A stretch of DNA of 43,048 bases from positions 1 through 43,048 of IMG/VR virus record IMGVR_UViG_3300049015_000087; one strand, given 5' to 3'. A program made the translations under genes and the position numbers. Below the pieces are notes generated by a model. That model searched no databases and was not told the DNA's origin. It saw only the letters and a list, made by a program, of their open reading frames with translations. Source of the DNA: a virus. Lineage: Duplodnaviria; Caudoviricetes. Shown here piece after piece: positions 27,452 to 35,569 of the stretch (positions are counted from its first letter, which is position 1; each line of letters starts with the position of its first letter).

Positions 27452-27563
27452 GGCTGTCCAGCTCACATTGCGCGATCCGCTGATTGGAAGATTCGCGTTA
27501 GCGCTTGCAGTGATAGCACGATGCCGGTATTTATGAGGCTCAACTCAATGCAAGGAAAGCAAA

Positions 27564-27770
27564 ATGTCTGACAATTTTAAAAATCTACGTAAAGACACCG
27601 GAATGAGCGTCGGCTCCCCTGAAGCTCAGCGAGATTTGGCGGTGGCAGCAGCGCTGACGCTGATCCAATCACGAGTTTTGAATGCTACCGGCGGGAACCA
27701 ACTCCAGTGGGAGCTTGGCAATCTATCTGCGTACGCTGATCTAATTCAGGAAGCTCTGAAAGTGAAGTAA
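27564..27770 (+). CDS. Hypothetical moron protein
   Basis: 68 aa; AAGGA RBS. Confidence 0.75.
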   Translation: MSDNFKNLRKDTGMSVGSPEAQRDLAVAAALTLIQSRVLNATGGNQLQWELGNLSAYADLIQEALKVK

Positions 27771-27825
27771 TCCATCCGTGCCGATCTACCGGCGGCACGC
27801 CGTCCGAGAAAAATTGGAGGAACGA

Positions 27826-28212
27826 ATGGGGCTCGACCATAACGAAGCTGTGGCAATTATCACGGAGCTACAACGATGGCATGACGAGGCTCGGAGCTTG
27901 GTTGACGACGCCGCCGATAAGTTGAGACTCTCCTCAAATAGCACTGATCTCTTGAAGGCTCGGCTTACCAAACTGAAAGGAGAGATTAAAGAAGCTGCAA
28001 AATATGAGACTCTCTCGCGCAAGAAATCTCCAAAAACCGACTTGGAGCAGTTTTTTTTCGGCCCAGCTGTTAGGGCTACGTCCTCTAACTTCCGAATGAG
28101 AACTGATACTAGTCCTTACAGCGCAATGTGGAACCGAGGGCTTCACGAGGTAGAGCATGAGCTTTCGTACGCTATTCACAGTATCCGTGAATCTCTGAAC
28201 GCGAGCGTTTAG
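27826..28212 (+). CDS. Hypothetical helical moron protein
   Basis: GGAGG RBS before ATG 27826; 128 aa. Confidence 0.7.
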   Translation: MGLDHNEAVAIITELQRWHDEARSLVDDAADKLRLSSNSTDLLKARLTKLKGEIKEAAKYETLSRKKSPKTDLEQFFFGPAVRATSSNFRMRTDTSPYSAMWNRGLHEVEHELSYAIHSIRESLNASV

Positions 28213-28313
28213 TCTAGAGTCGTACCTTGGTTACGGTAATTCGTAAGCGCGTATCGAGAATGCAATTGTCATTGTAGATTGACAGGAACGGGTATAAATC
28301 AAAGGAGTGAAAC

Positions 28314-28520
28314 GTGGCATTCGATTGGCATTCGGGTCCTATCACGCGCGCCACCCCTATCGATAACGACTACCGAAATACCCAGAGCGTTCGCCGCTTC
28401 CTGGTTTCGCAATGTGGGAATTCATTCAAGTTTGACCGGCCTTTTATGGCCTGGATCAAAAATGCGAAACCTCCAACAATGGGTGATATCGCAGACGAAT
28501 GGAACAGACTCCATCAGTAA
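28314..28520 (+). CDS. Small hypothetical protein (DUF6434-like)
   Basis: AAGGAG RBS; FDWH...YRNTQ.VRRF...FKFDRPFMAWIK. Confidence 0.7.
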   Translation: MAFDWHSGPITRATPIDNDYRNTQSVRRFLVSQCGNSFKFDRPFMAWIKNAKPPTMGDIADEWNRLHQ

Positions 28521-28629
28521 GCGGTGACCATCCGGTTACTTTTACTCTCGCTGCGCTGGGGCTAGGCATTATTCAGCTTAGCTATCGGGCTAGCTAACGC
28601 GCACAAACGCCCTCGCTGCGGGATGCGAC

Positions 28630-28950
28630 CTACCGCGCCTTGTCACAGCCCGCACAATGCTCACAGTTCAGGCGCCGACAGAGCCAAGCCCTTACCCGTT
28701 GCCAATACGTGACCATGAAAAGGTGACGGATTCCGGCCGACGCCAAGGCGATGTGCAGGGTCAGGCCGGCAACCGTCGGGCCAAACAAGAAGCTGTTATG
28801 CCCAACGGCCACCACGTAAGCGCTGATGGCGATCGTCGAGTAGATCAGCTTTCCAAGAATGCCGTCCCTCACCTTCCCGCTCACAACGCACCAGAACGCC
28901 CAGGCCGCGATAAAGCCGCAGGCAACGGAATTGATCAGCTCAAGATTCAT
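28630..28950 (-). CDS. Holin-associated membrane protein
   Basis: Three hydrophobic segments; coupled to upstream holin. Confidence 0.7.
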   Translation of the reverse strand: MNLELINSVACGFIAAWAFWCVVSGKVRDGILGKLIYSTIAISAYVVAVGHNSFLFGPTVAGLTLHIALASAGIRHLFMVTYWQRVRAWLCRRLNCEHCAGCDKAR

Positions 28951-29276
28951 GGTGGATTACCTCCCCCGAACCGCTGGCGTAATAGCGCCCATAGGTCAGC
29001 GGCCTTGATAGCTCGATGAACCGCCGCCATGAGTGACCCGCCGAAGGTGCCCAGAAGGAAGCCAACGCCGGCAACGTTGTTGGGCTCAGTGACACCAAGC
29101 TTGTCGCTGACCATCCCAGTTAGGTACAGAGCACAGGCCACGCCAGTCAGGAGGAAAATCGTCCAGGCGCGCCAATTGGTCAGATCGTCTTTATGCCACC
29201 AGCTCGCAACCACGGCTCCAATGAGGCCCGCTATCACCCAATCGATCTTCTCGAGCAGGCGATTTAGATACTCCAT
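28947..29276 (-). CDS. Putative holin
   Basis: Three TM helices; first core late gene; GFLLGTFGGS. Confidence 0.75.
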   Translation of the reverse strand: MEYLNRLLEKIDWVIAGLIGAVVASWWHKDDLTNWRAWTIFLLTGVACALYLTGMVSDKLGVTEPNNVAGVGFLLGTFGGSLMAAVHRAIKAADLWALLRQRFGGGNPP

Positions 29277-29346
29277 GCGCTCGACTCCGATTGTGCATGT
29301 AAAAAAGGCCTGCGCCGGCCCCGGGCAGAGCCCCGAAGAAAATAAA

Positions 29347-29380
29347 ACAAAAGTGTTGTGTTACTACAAAAATGTTGTAG
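29347..29380 (+). promoter_or_regulatory. Putative HicB operator pair
   Basis: Two palindromic copies of ACAAAA(G/A)TGTTGT at 29347-29359 and 29366-29378 upstream of hicA. Confidence 0.6.
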
Positions 29381-29411
29381 GATGAAGCCATCCAAACAAC
29401 GAGGCGAGGTG

Positions 29412-29591
29412 ATGAAGTTCAGCGAATTCAGAAGATGGCTAAAGACCCAAGGCGTGACCTTTGAAGCAGGCAAGGGAAGTCACTTCAAGATCACCGCGCC
29501 GACCGGCAAGAAGACCACCTTCGCGGATCATGGTAGTAAGGAAATGCCAGAACCGACCCGCAAGGCGATCATTAAACAATTGGGGCTCTGA
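29412..29591 (+). CDS. hicA: HicA family toxin
   Basis: 59 aa; EFRRWL..QG...GKGSH...HG.KE...AIIKQLGL. Confidence 0.93.
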   Translation: MKFSEFRRWLKTQGVTFEAGKGSHFKITAPTGKKTTFADHGSKEMPEPTRKAIIKQLGL

Positions 29592-29646
29592 AGAGCCCCT
29601 GCACCACAATCTGAATGCTGAACGATCACCTCCAAGGGGAGTGACC

Positions 29647-30441
29647 ATGTACGACTATGCAGTCCGACTCGAACAGGACGGCAGCGCTCCAGGCGTTGCC
29701 GTTTTTTGCCGTGACTTACCAGAACTGAATAGCTTCGGTGACAATCGAACTCACGCCTTATCAGAAGCTGTAGACGCCATAGAAACCACTCTCTCTCTTT
29801 ATGTCGACGAGCGAAGGGCTATACCTGCTGCTTCTGGTCCAGAGCCTGGTGAGTATGTGGTTCGTTTGCCTGCTGTCACCGTGGCTAAAATCACATTGTG
29901 GAATGCAATGATGGAGCGCGACATGCGTAAGGCTGACTTGCGTCGCCTGCTCGGCGTGCATCAGGTCCAAAGTGACCGACTCGTCGATTTCCTACACACA
30001 TCCAAAATTGAACAGGTTGAAGATGCTCTGAAGCATCTAGGACTGTCAGCACCTGCGCCCTACCAATCGATGCGATTCTTCTACGCCCCCCACAAGCATG
30101 GTCGCGACTTCGACAAGCTTCGCCTATGGGCTCATTACGACCCGCGCATCAGTACGGAAGAAGCGAACGACATTGTGCTGAATACCCTTGCGTCTGAAGA
30201 CACGCCCGAAGCACTACGCAGCGCTCTCGCACAAGTCATTAAGGATCATTTCAGATATTGGGCGTATCCATCCTTTTCATTCAAAGGCAAAAACGCAGAC
30301 GCAGGAATCCTCTTCAACTACTCGTCCATGCCGAGCGGAATGGCCCCAGATAAAAAATGGTTGGAGCTAACCGCCGGTGACGTCTACCAATTAGACGAGG
30401 CCGCATATCGCAACTTGTTAGGTCTACCTAAGAAGACGTAA
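29647..30441 (+). CDS. hicB: HicB family antitoxin with extra C-terminal domain
   Basis: VFCRDLPE..SFG...EAVDA...IP.AS plus HTH and SKIEQVE, then about 130 additional aa. Confidence 0.88.
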   Translation: MYDYAVRLEQDGSAPGVAVFCRDLPELNSFGDNRTHALSEAVDAIETTLSLYVDERRAIPAASGPEPGEYVVRLPAVTVAKITLWNAMMERDMRKADLRRLLGVHQVQSDRLVDFLHTSKIEQVEDALKHLGLSAPAPYQSMRFFYAPHKHGRDFDKLRLWAHYDPRISTEEANDIVLNTLASEDTPEALRSALAQVIKDHFRYWAYPSFSFKGKNADAGILFNYSSMPSGMAPDKKWLELTAGDVYQLDEAAYRNLLGLPKKT

Positions 30442-30504
30442 GCGATCCACCTAGGTGGGAGGCGGCGCTTGGAATGGAGTTGCTGGTCTCGACGAGCAGC
30501 CAAT

Positions 30505-30531
30505 AAAAAGCCCAGCTTGATGGCCGGGCTT
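30505..30531. terminator. Terminator between convergent hicB and membrane-protein genes
   Basis: AAAAAGCCCAGC-ttgatg-GCCGGGCTT. Confidence 0.6.
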
Positions 30532-30539
30532 ATTGGGTA

Positions 30540-30911
30540 TCAATTGGATGGCTGGCGACTGTGGTACCAGTAGAGGTATAGAAGCCCTAAAGGCGCGATA
30601 AAAATTGCCAGGAACCAGCAGACGAACATCGTGATTATCTTGGTAGCGAGCATCAGCAAGGCATTCACGAAGAACACATTCCCCCCCATGATGAATCCCA
30701 CCACACTTTCGTACACGAATCGTGCATAGGGGTACAACAGGGTACTAACTACCGCAAGGGATGTGTTGGCAAAATCAATCCCAGATGGAGACCGCGACTT
30801 CATGTAGATGAAGAACGCCGCGAACAGCGCTCCGAAAAAAAGCTGTCGGGCGTAATAGCTCGGGGTCAGGCCGCCAAAGGTCATAGCAAAGAATTGCCGC
30901 ATAAGATCCAT
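30540..30911 (-). CDS. Three-TM membrane protein, colicin E1-type immunity-like
   Basis: YY...LFFG, STLLYPYAR..YE, LAIFIAPLGLLYL pattern; own TGcTAAAAT extended -10. Confidence 0.6.
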   Translation of the reverse strand: MDLMRQFFAMTFGGLTPSYYARQLFFGALFAAFFIYMKSRSPSGIDFANTSLAVVSTLLYPYARFVYESVVGFIMGGNVFFVNALLMLATKIITMFVCWFLAIFIAPLGLLYLYWYHSRQPSN

Positions 30912-30971
30912 CTCAAGGTTCGAAATTTGAGCCCGGATTTTAGCAGTCCAACCTATCAACCAGTAAATCTT

Positions 30972-31008
30972 AAAAACAAAAAGCCCAGCATCTATGGCTG
31001 GGCTCTTT
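30972..31008 (-). terminator. tR'-like terminator
   Basis: AGCCCAGC-catagat-GCTGGGCT followed by T runs just downstream of the putative late promoter. Confidence 0.75.
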
Positions 31009-31047
31009 CTATCATCCCTATCAATACGCAGGAACGGCAGGATGGGT

Positions 31048-31079
31048 AAATAATGGCTCATTGGCTCAAGTCAAGTCAA
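31048..31079 (-). promoter_or_regulatory. pR'-like late promoter with direct-repeat Q-binding element
   Basis: TTGACT then TGAGCCA-A-TGAGCCA then CATTAT on the minus strand, right after the Q-like gene. Confidence 0.65.
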
Positions 31080-31621
31080 GCGGCTTTTGTTTCAATAAGT
31101 CCCTCTGCATCCAACAGCGTTTGGGCAGCAACTAAAGCCTCATCAACTTCGCGCTCCAGCGCCTTACGTATATCCCTCCGCCACCGCTCCTGCGTCTTGA
31201 TCGGATGAGGCTCTTCGGACCAATTATCCATCTCGTACCACGCTGCTGGCAGCACGGTTGTCGAACGTTTGCCACTGACTCCAGCTGGCTTGGGTAACGC
31301 CCAAGTAATGATCGCACAATGTCTAAATCGCTCAGGTGCTGGTGAGCGCACAGTCTTTGTCAGCTCAGCGATGGCGGTGTGTTTGCGCTCGGTGTGGGTG
31401 GAGTACTTCGCCACGAGTACACGCCATTGCGCGGGCGAAAGAGATCTATGAAGTCGTCCAAATACCCAGCAGTCAGTGAGAAGCGCCGCATCCCTACCCA
31501 CCATCTCGCCGGTGTGCTTATCACTTTGCACTTTGGGTTCAAAGTCGCATCCCCCTGCTGAGCTGATGGTTTCGGCGGCCAACGCCCGGACGACTGCGGA
31601 AATAACGTTGCGATAGGTCAT
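31076..31621 (-). CDS. Late antiterminator Q-like protein
   Basis: Last gene of the early right operon, after ninG and before pR'/tR'; 181 aa with TQERWRRDI. Confidence 0.7.
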   Translation of the reverse strand: MTYRNVISAVVRALAAETISSAGGCDFEPKVQSDKHTGEMVGRDAALLTDCWVFGRLHRSLSPAQWRVLVAKYSTHTERKHTAIAELTKTVRSPAPERFRHCAIITWALPKPAGVSGKRSTTVLPAAWYEMDNWSEEPHPIKTQERWRRDIRKALEREVDEALVAAQTLLDAEGLIETKAA

Positions 31622-32193
31622 GCTGCGGCCCTCTTCAGTTCTCTGGCCTTTGCTCGATACTCGGCCTTGATGGTCTTCAACTCTTCGATGGTGTACTTGC
31701 GGGGCTGATGAGGCCCTTCTAACCAAGCCACCTTTTCTTCGCCAATCCGTTTCACCAGCTCGATTCGATAGTTCACGATATTGCCGGACTGGTGGTTGTT
31801 GCACGGCGCACACTGACGCCAGACGTTCAGCGGCTCAAAGCGAAGCTCGGGGCTGCCTCCAACTGTGCGGTAATGACCTGCATGCCATTGCCCGTTGTGG
31901 TGCCGGCCACAACTCACGCAGGGAAGCCCTGCATCGCGCAGTCGAACCCAGGCATTGAACGCAACCTGCGCTTCCTTCATGTGCTGAGAGCGTGACTTGA
32001 TTCGCTCCTTGGCGGCTTTGATTGCTCGGCGCTCTAGCTGGGCCAGTGACTTACGTTCCTGCTCCCGTTTGACCAGGACCAAAGCGACTGCACATGCCGG
32101 GCTGCATACCACTTGGCCTAAACGTCTTGGCGGAAAGCTGCCGCCGCATGCAGGGTTCTTGCACTTCTTCGGCTTGGGCTGCTTTGCAATCAT
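31618..32193 (-). CDS. ninG: NinG/Rap recombination endonuclease
   Basis: FNAWVRLRD...CVSCG...AGHYR...LRF...N...QC..CN...SGN. Confidence 0.95.
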   Translation of the reverse strand: MIAKQPKPKKCKNPACGGSFPPRRLGQVVCSPACAVALVLVKREQERKSLAQLERRAIKAAKERIKSRSQHMKEAQVAFNAWVRLRDAGLPCVSCGRHHNGQWHAGHYRTVGGSPELRFEPLNVWRQCAPCNNHQSGNIVNYRIELVKRIGEEKVAWLEGPHQPRKYTIEELKTIKAEYRAKARELKRAAA

Positions 32194-32411
32194 GCAACCA
32201 CCTCACATTGGTCCATCGGCGCCTCCATCCGCATCAGGTATGTCTGCGCGCGGCGATGAGCCATATTCCTGAGGAACCCGGCGCGCTCCAATCGGCGATC
32301 TGCCAAGCTCGCTCCGTTGTATCGATAGCAGACAAGATTGAAACGAGCCCTTTCCGACCAGAATCGGTGGTTGGCAGCTGGGCACCGGCTGATTTCCTCG
32401 AAAGTCGTCAT
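32190..32411 (-). CDS. Hypothetical protein
   Basis: ATGA-coupled on both sides. Confidence 0.65.
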   Translation of the reverse strand: MTTFEEISRCPAANHRFWSERARFNLVCYRYNGASLADRRLERAGFLRNMAHRRAQTYLMRMEAPMDQCEVVA

Positions 32412-32878
32412 GCCGCCTCCTCGCTCAGCAAATCGGAGAACACCACGCCTTGGCGCGTGAAATACGTGGCGATGCGATCCGTGTAGGCGATGCCCTGGGC
32501 ACGGTTGAACAGGCTTGTCACTGGAAAGCCGTCAGGACCGAACAACTTGTGGTCGCCCATCATTGCGAGCTTTTCCTCGTAAGGCAGGTGACGCATAACC
32601 CGGTACCACGCCGCTTGAAAGCCGGCGTCTTCGTTGAGCAGGATTTGCACGCCAAAATGCAGCTTGCAGTAGCGACGAGCGTCTGCCGCATCGCCGATCT
32701 CGGTCATTTCTGCAATCCGCTTGTACATCGCGAACCAAAGGGCGTTCTGGTCCAACGTACGATCCTTTCCTGGGCGGAGGGACACGACCACATACTTCTT
32801 CTCACGGTACATAGTGGTCAGGCTGGTGATTGCCTCGGTGAGTTTGGATTGGCAATTGACGCTGATTCTATCGGTCAT
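32408..32878 (-). CDS. NinB-like protein
   Basis: RTLDQNALW motif; nin-region position. Confidence 0.7.
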   Translation of the reverse strand: MTDRISVNCQSKLTEAITSLTTMYREKKYVVVSLRPGKDRTLDQNALWFAMYKRIAEMTEIGDAADARRYCKLHFGVQILLNEDAGFQAAWYRVMRHLPYEEKLAMMGDHKLFGPDGFPVTSLFNRAQGIAYTDRIATYFTRQGVVFSDLLSEEAA

Positions 32879-33675
32879 TGAGCCGCCCTCCTCGCTTCCA
32901 ACTCCTGGACTTGCTGCATCAACAATGCCCGGCGATCCGCCAACTCACTTGCTGCCTCAATCCGCATTTCATCCTGCTTCTCGGCGTTTGCCGCACGCAT
33001 TTTCAACATCGACTTCTTCACCATTCCTAGCTTCTCGCGCAGCTTCGGCGCCGGTCGGGCAACTGTCCCCGTGATCAACCCGGCCAAGGCTCGTCCGTCC
33101 TCGGTAATCGGTTCAACACTCAGGTCAGCGAGATACTTCTGTCCCCGCTCCTGCGGTATGCGCTGCATCTGCATCGCCTTGGTGATTGCCTGGATTCGAC
33201 GGCTCGCGTCGAAGCCCACAGAGACATGCCAGTTAACCGGCTTAGCCTCTTCACGGGCCTGGCTCACCAAACGCTCGTAGGCGCTGATGAACGCCATCCG
33301 GGCACCGATCTTGTCGCCGGCATCGAGGACAGGCTTCGCAGCAGCCAGGGCGAGCTGGATCTCATCGGTAAGCACCACGGTCTCAAATTCATCACTGGTG
33401 GCTATCGCGATGGCCCAGGCTTCGTCCTTGCCAGGACGACCGTCGGCAGCCTGGACGCGCTGGAGGATGGCGGCCAAGGTCAGCTTTCCGCTCAGCTCAC
33501 GTCGGCAGGATTTCAGAGCACTGGCGACCACCGGGACGGGGTATTCCGAAAGATCGTCAGCCATCATTTCAGCCGCGTCTGCGGTCAAGGTCTGACCAAG
33601 CACTTCGGCAGTGGCGGTGATTGCCAGGGCCAGCTGCGCGATCTGGTCGGAGGTCATGCGCTCACATGAACTCAT
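32875..33675 (-). CDS. Replication protein P-like (putative helicase loader)
   Basis: Directly after O; AGGAGG RBS; GRPG.DEAW, ARMAF..AYERL. Confidence 0.65.
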   Translation of the reverse strand: MSSCERMTSDQIAQLALAITATAEVLGQTLTADAAEMMADDLSEYPVPVVASALKSCRRELSGKLTLAAILQRVQAADGRPGKDEAWAIAIATSDEFETVVLTDEIQLALAAAKPVLDAGDKIGARMAFISAYERLVSQAREEAKPVNWHVSVGFDASRRIQAITKAMQMQRIPQERGQKYLADLSVEPITEDGRALAGLITGTVARPAPKLREKLGMVKKSMLKMRAANAEKQDEMRIEAASELADRRALLMQQVQELEARRAAQ

Positions 33676-34567
33676 TGGCTTTCCTCCTTTCGCGATCCAT
33701 GATCCGGCGAGCAGCGTCCTGGCCGGCGGCGAGGTTGGCTTGCTTGCGCTCGATCTGCTGAGCCGTGGTCAGGTTCATCCGGCGGTTGGTCATCCACTGG
33801 GTGTGATAGGCCTCTGCCTTGGTGAGCAGGTCACCGATGCCGTGGCAGCCGATGATCAGCCGCGAGTCGTCGATGGTCAGGAAGTACGCGGCGACGTGGT
33901 GAGCGACATCGACCCCAAGGCGATCAACCAGCTTGCCGACCTGCCCTGCGACTTTGGCGTTCCACACCGGCCATGCGTCGTACCGCTTACGGTAGGCCAT
34001 GGCGTAGTTCGCCCAAGCCTTGAAGGTTTTGCAGGACTGGTCTTTTGGCCCTGGCATGTCGGCGGGAATCTCGCACCGCGGTTGCTGGGGAGTGAACGGA
34101 ACGATTTGGCCCTTCGCGACCTTGGCCGCAGCCTGGGTCGCAATTGGTTCAATGACCGGTTCATTGACTGGTTCAAAAGAGTGACTGGTTCTGGGTGCAG
34201 CTCCTGCACTACCCCCTGGTGCAGCAAATTCACTAGGGGGTGCATCTGCTGCACTACCCTGGTGAATCTCTTGCACTACCCCTGGTGCAGGAGGTTCACC
34301 ACCTAGGGTGAGGTAGTAGACGTTTGAAGAGTTACCCTTCGGGCCACCCTTTCTGACTTCCTTGCGCAGCAAACCACAAGCACAGAGCGCGGCTATGTGG
34401 TTCATGACAGAGCGCTTGCTGATCTCGCACTGATCAGCAATGTGCTGGTACGAAGGCCAGCACTCCCCCAGGTCACTGGCGTTGTCGGCCAGTTTGATAA
34501 GCACCAGTTTGCGCAACGGATTGCCAACGCGAATCTTCATCGCGGCAACCATAAGTCCCATGCTCAC
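33662..34567 (-). CDS. Replication initiator O-like protein
   Basis: N-terminal wHTH KLVLIKLADNA...CWPSY..IA..CEISKRSV, SNVY; internal iterons. Confidence 0.88.
   Translation of the reverse strand: MSMGLMVAAMKIRVGNPLRKLVLIKLADNASDLGECWPSYQHIADQCEISKRSVMNHIAALCACGLLRKEVRKGGPKGNSSNVYYLTLGGEPPAPGVVQEIHQGSAADAPPSEFAAPGGSAGAAPRTSHSFEPVNEPVIEPIATQAAAKVAKGQIVPFTPQQPRCEIPADMPGPKDQSCKTFKAWANYAMAYRKRYDAWPVWNAKVAGQVGKLVDRLGVDVAHHVAAYFLTIDDSRLIIGCHGIGDLLTKAEAYHTQWMTNRRMNLTTAQQIERKQANLAAGQDAARRIMDRERRKANEFM
34141..34310. repeat. Iteron-like repeats, probable phage origin
   Basis: TGCACTACCC(C)(C)TGGTG at 34205, 34250, 34272 plus tandem GGTTC-containing repeats at 34146-34191. Confidence 0.75.
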
Positions 34568-34707
34568 GCTGCACCTCGCAATGCCCGGCCTTGGGTAACC
34601 GGACGCAAGCCACTGTTCAGGGTTCTACGCGACACCTTTTCGTCACCGCCAATATGTGTCGCGACATTGGCCGGGGTATTGATCGAGTGGTTTGGATAGC
34701 GCATCAT
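34564..34707 (-). pseudogene. 47 aa ORF, probable internally deleted antirepressor
   Basis: MMRYPNHSINTPANVATH...VSR...RGAA*; stop overlaps the O start (GTGA). Confidence 0.45.
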
Positions 34708-34735
34708 TTGCTCTGCTTCTTGTTGTACCGCTGTG

Positions 34736-34763
34736 AAAAACCACCCTGTCCGGTGGTTTTTTT
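34736..34763. terminator. tR-like bidirectional terminator
   Basis: AAAAACCACC-ctgtcc-GGTGGTTTTTTT. Confidence 0.75.
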
Positions 34764-34814
34764 ACGTCTGGAGAAAAGTGAGTCCCTCTTCAGGCCCTAA
34801 GTGAGGGCCTCAAA

Positions 34815-35015
34815 CTATCCAGTTGAGGGCCTCTTCAGTCCCACCAGGGTCAAAACTGGTGCTTTACGCCTTCCAACGAAGGCCGTTGCGCCTGAGGCGA
34901 TTGCCTCAAGCAGGATCTCGTTCACCGCCTCTTCGAACGTCCACCCTCTTGCTTCCATGAGTCGATGAACCTTGGCTCGGATCTCGGGCGGCACGTTCTC
35001 TTCAGTAAATTGCAT
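34815..35015 (-). CDS. Small putative DNA-binding protein
   Basis: 66 aa; GGAGG RBS; ribbon-helix-helix-like pattern. Confidence 0.7.
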   Translation of the reverse strand: MQFTEENVPPEIRAKVHRLMEARGWTFEEAVNEILLEAIASGATAFVGRRKAPVLTLVGLKRPSTG

Positions 35016-35034
35016 CGTGCCCTCCTGAGGGCCT

Positions 35035-35241
35035 CTAGCCCGCGATATCCTTCAAATCCTCCGGCATCAGTGCTTCGATGGCGCCGTTTACGGCTGCCCA
35101 CTCAAGCATCTCGAATAGGTAGGTTGCGTACTCGCGGCGGCTCTTGTCGGCGGCACGTTGCAGTTGCCGATCCAGAAGCGGATAGAGACGGATCTTGCGA
35201 GCGATGTCTCTGCGTTGATTGAGGGGGTCTTTAAATCCCAT
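35035..35241 (-). CDS. CII-position regulator
   Basis: 68 aa right after cro; AAGGAG RBS; KIRL...L..AA. Confidence 0.7.
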   Translation of the reverse strand: MGFKDPLNQRRDIARKIRLYPLLDRQLQRAADKSRREYATYLFEMLEWAAVNGAIEALMPEDLKDIAG

Positions 35242-35272
35242 CGGTGCAAAACTCCTTAATCGTGGGGAAGGA

Positions 35273-35467
35273 TTAGGCTGCTGATCTATGTGACGGAAAC
35301 GGGCGCTTCTCTTGGGCTTGAAAGCTGCCGTCAGGAAGCTCCAATACACGGATGTCACGTTTGGCGGTGAGCGCCTTGTGGATTGCCGGGGCAGTCACGC
35401 GAAGTAGCCGAGCTGCTTCGGATTGCCCTTTTTCAGCAACAAACCTATCGAGTGGGGTTTCGTTCAT
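35273..35467 (-). CDS. cro: Cro repressor
   Basis: GQSEAARLLRVTAPAIHKAL...RDI...EKRPFPS, lambda Cro-like; divergent from cI. Confidence 0.92.
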   Translation of the reverse strand: MNETPLDRFVAEKGQSEAARLLRVTAPAIHKALTAKRDIRVLELPDGSFQAQEKRPFPSHRSAA

Positions 35468-35493
35468 GATCTGGCCTCGGTTGTGACAGCCAG

Positions 35494-35563
35494 ATATTAA
35501 CCATCTGTTAATTTTGAATCAATACCGATGGTTTCTTTATATTTTTAACCTTTGGTATACATT
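35494..35563. promoter_or_regulatory. OR operators with pR and pRM
   Basis: Three related sites at 35497, 35522, 35545 (TTAACCATCTGTTAA, ATACCGATGGTTT, TTAACCTTTGGTATA); pR TTGATT-N17-TAATAT on minus; pRM -10 TACATT on plus. Confidence 0.8.
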
Positions 35564-35569
35564 CGCATG

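Noticed and set aside
27217-28630. Integron-like cassette array
   Set aside because: No repeated attC-type (RYYYAAC...GTTRRRY) sites between the genes and no integron integrase
29461-29646. N-terminal extension of HicB in the ORF track
   Set aside because: Overlaps hicA; HicB similarity and RBS support ATG 29647
34785-34843. Short repeats GAGGGCCTC and CTCTTCAG(G/T)CCC
   Set aside because: Only two copies each, partly coding; too weak to assign a function
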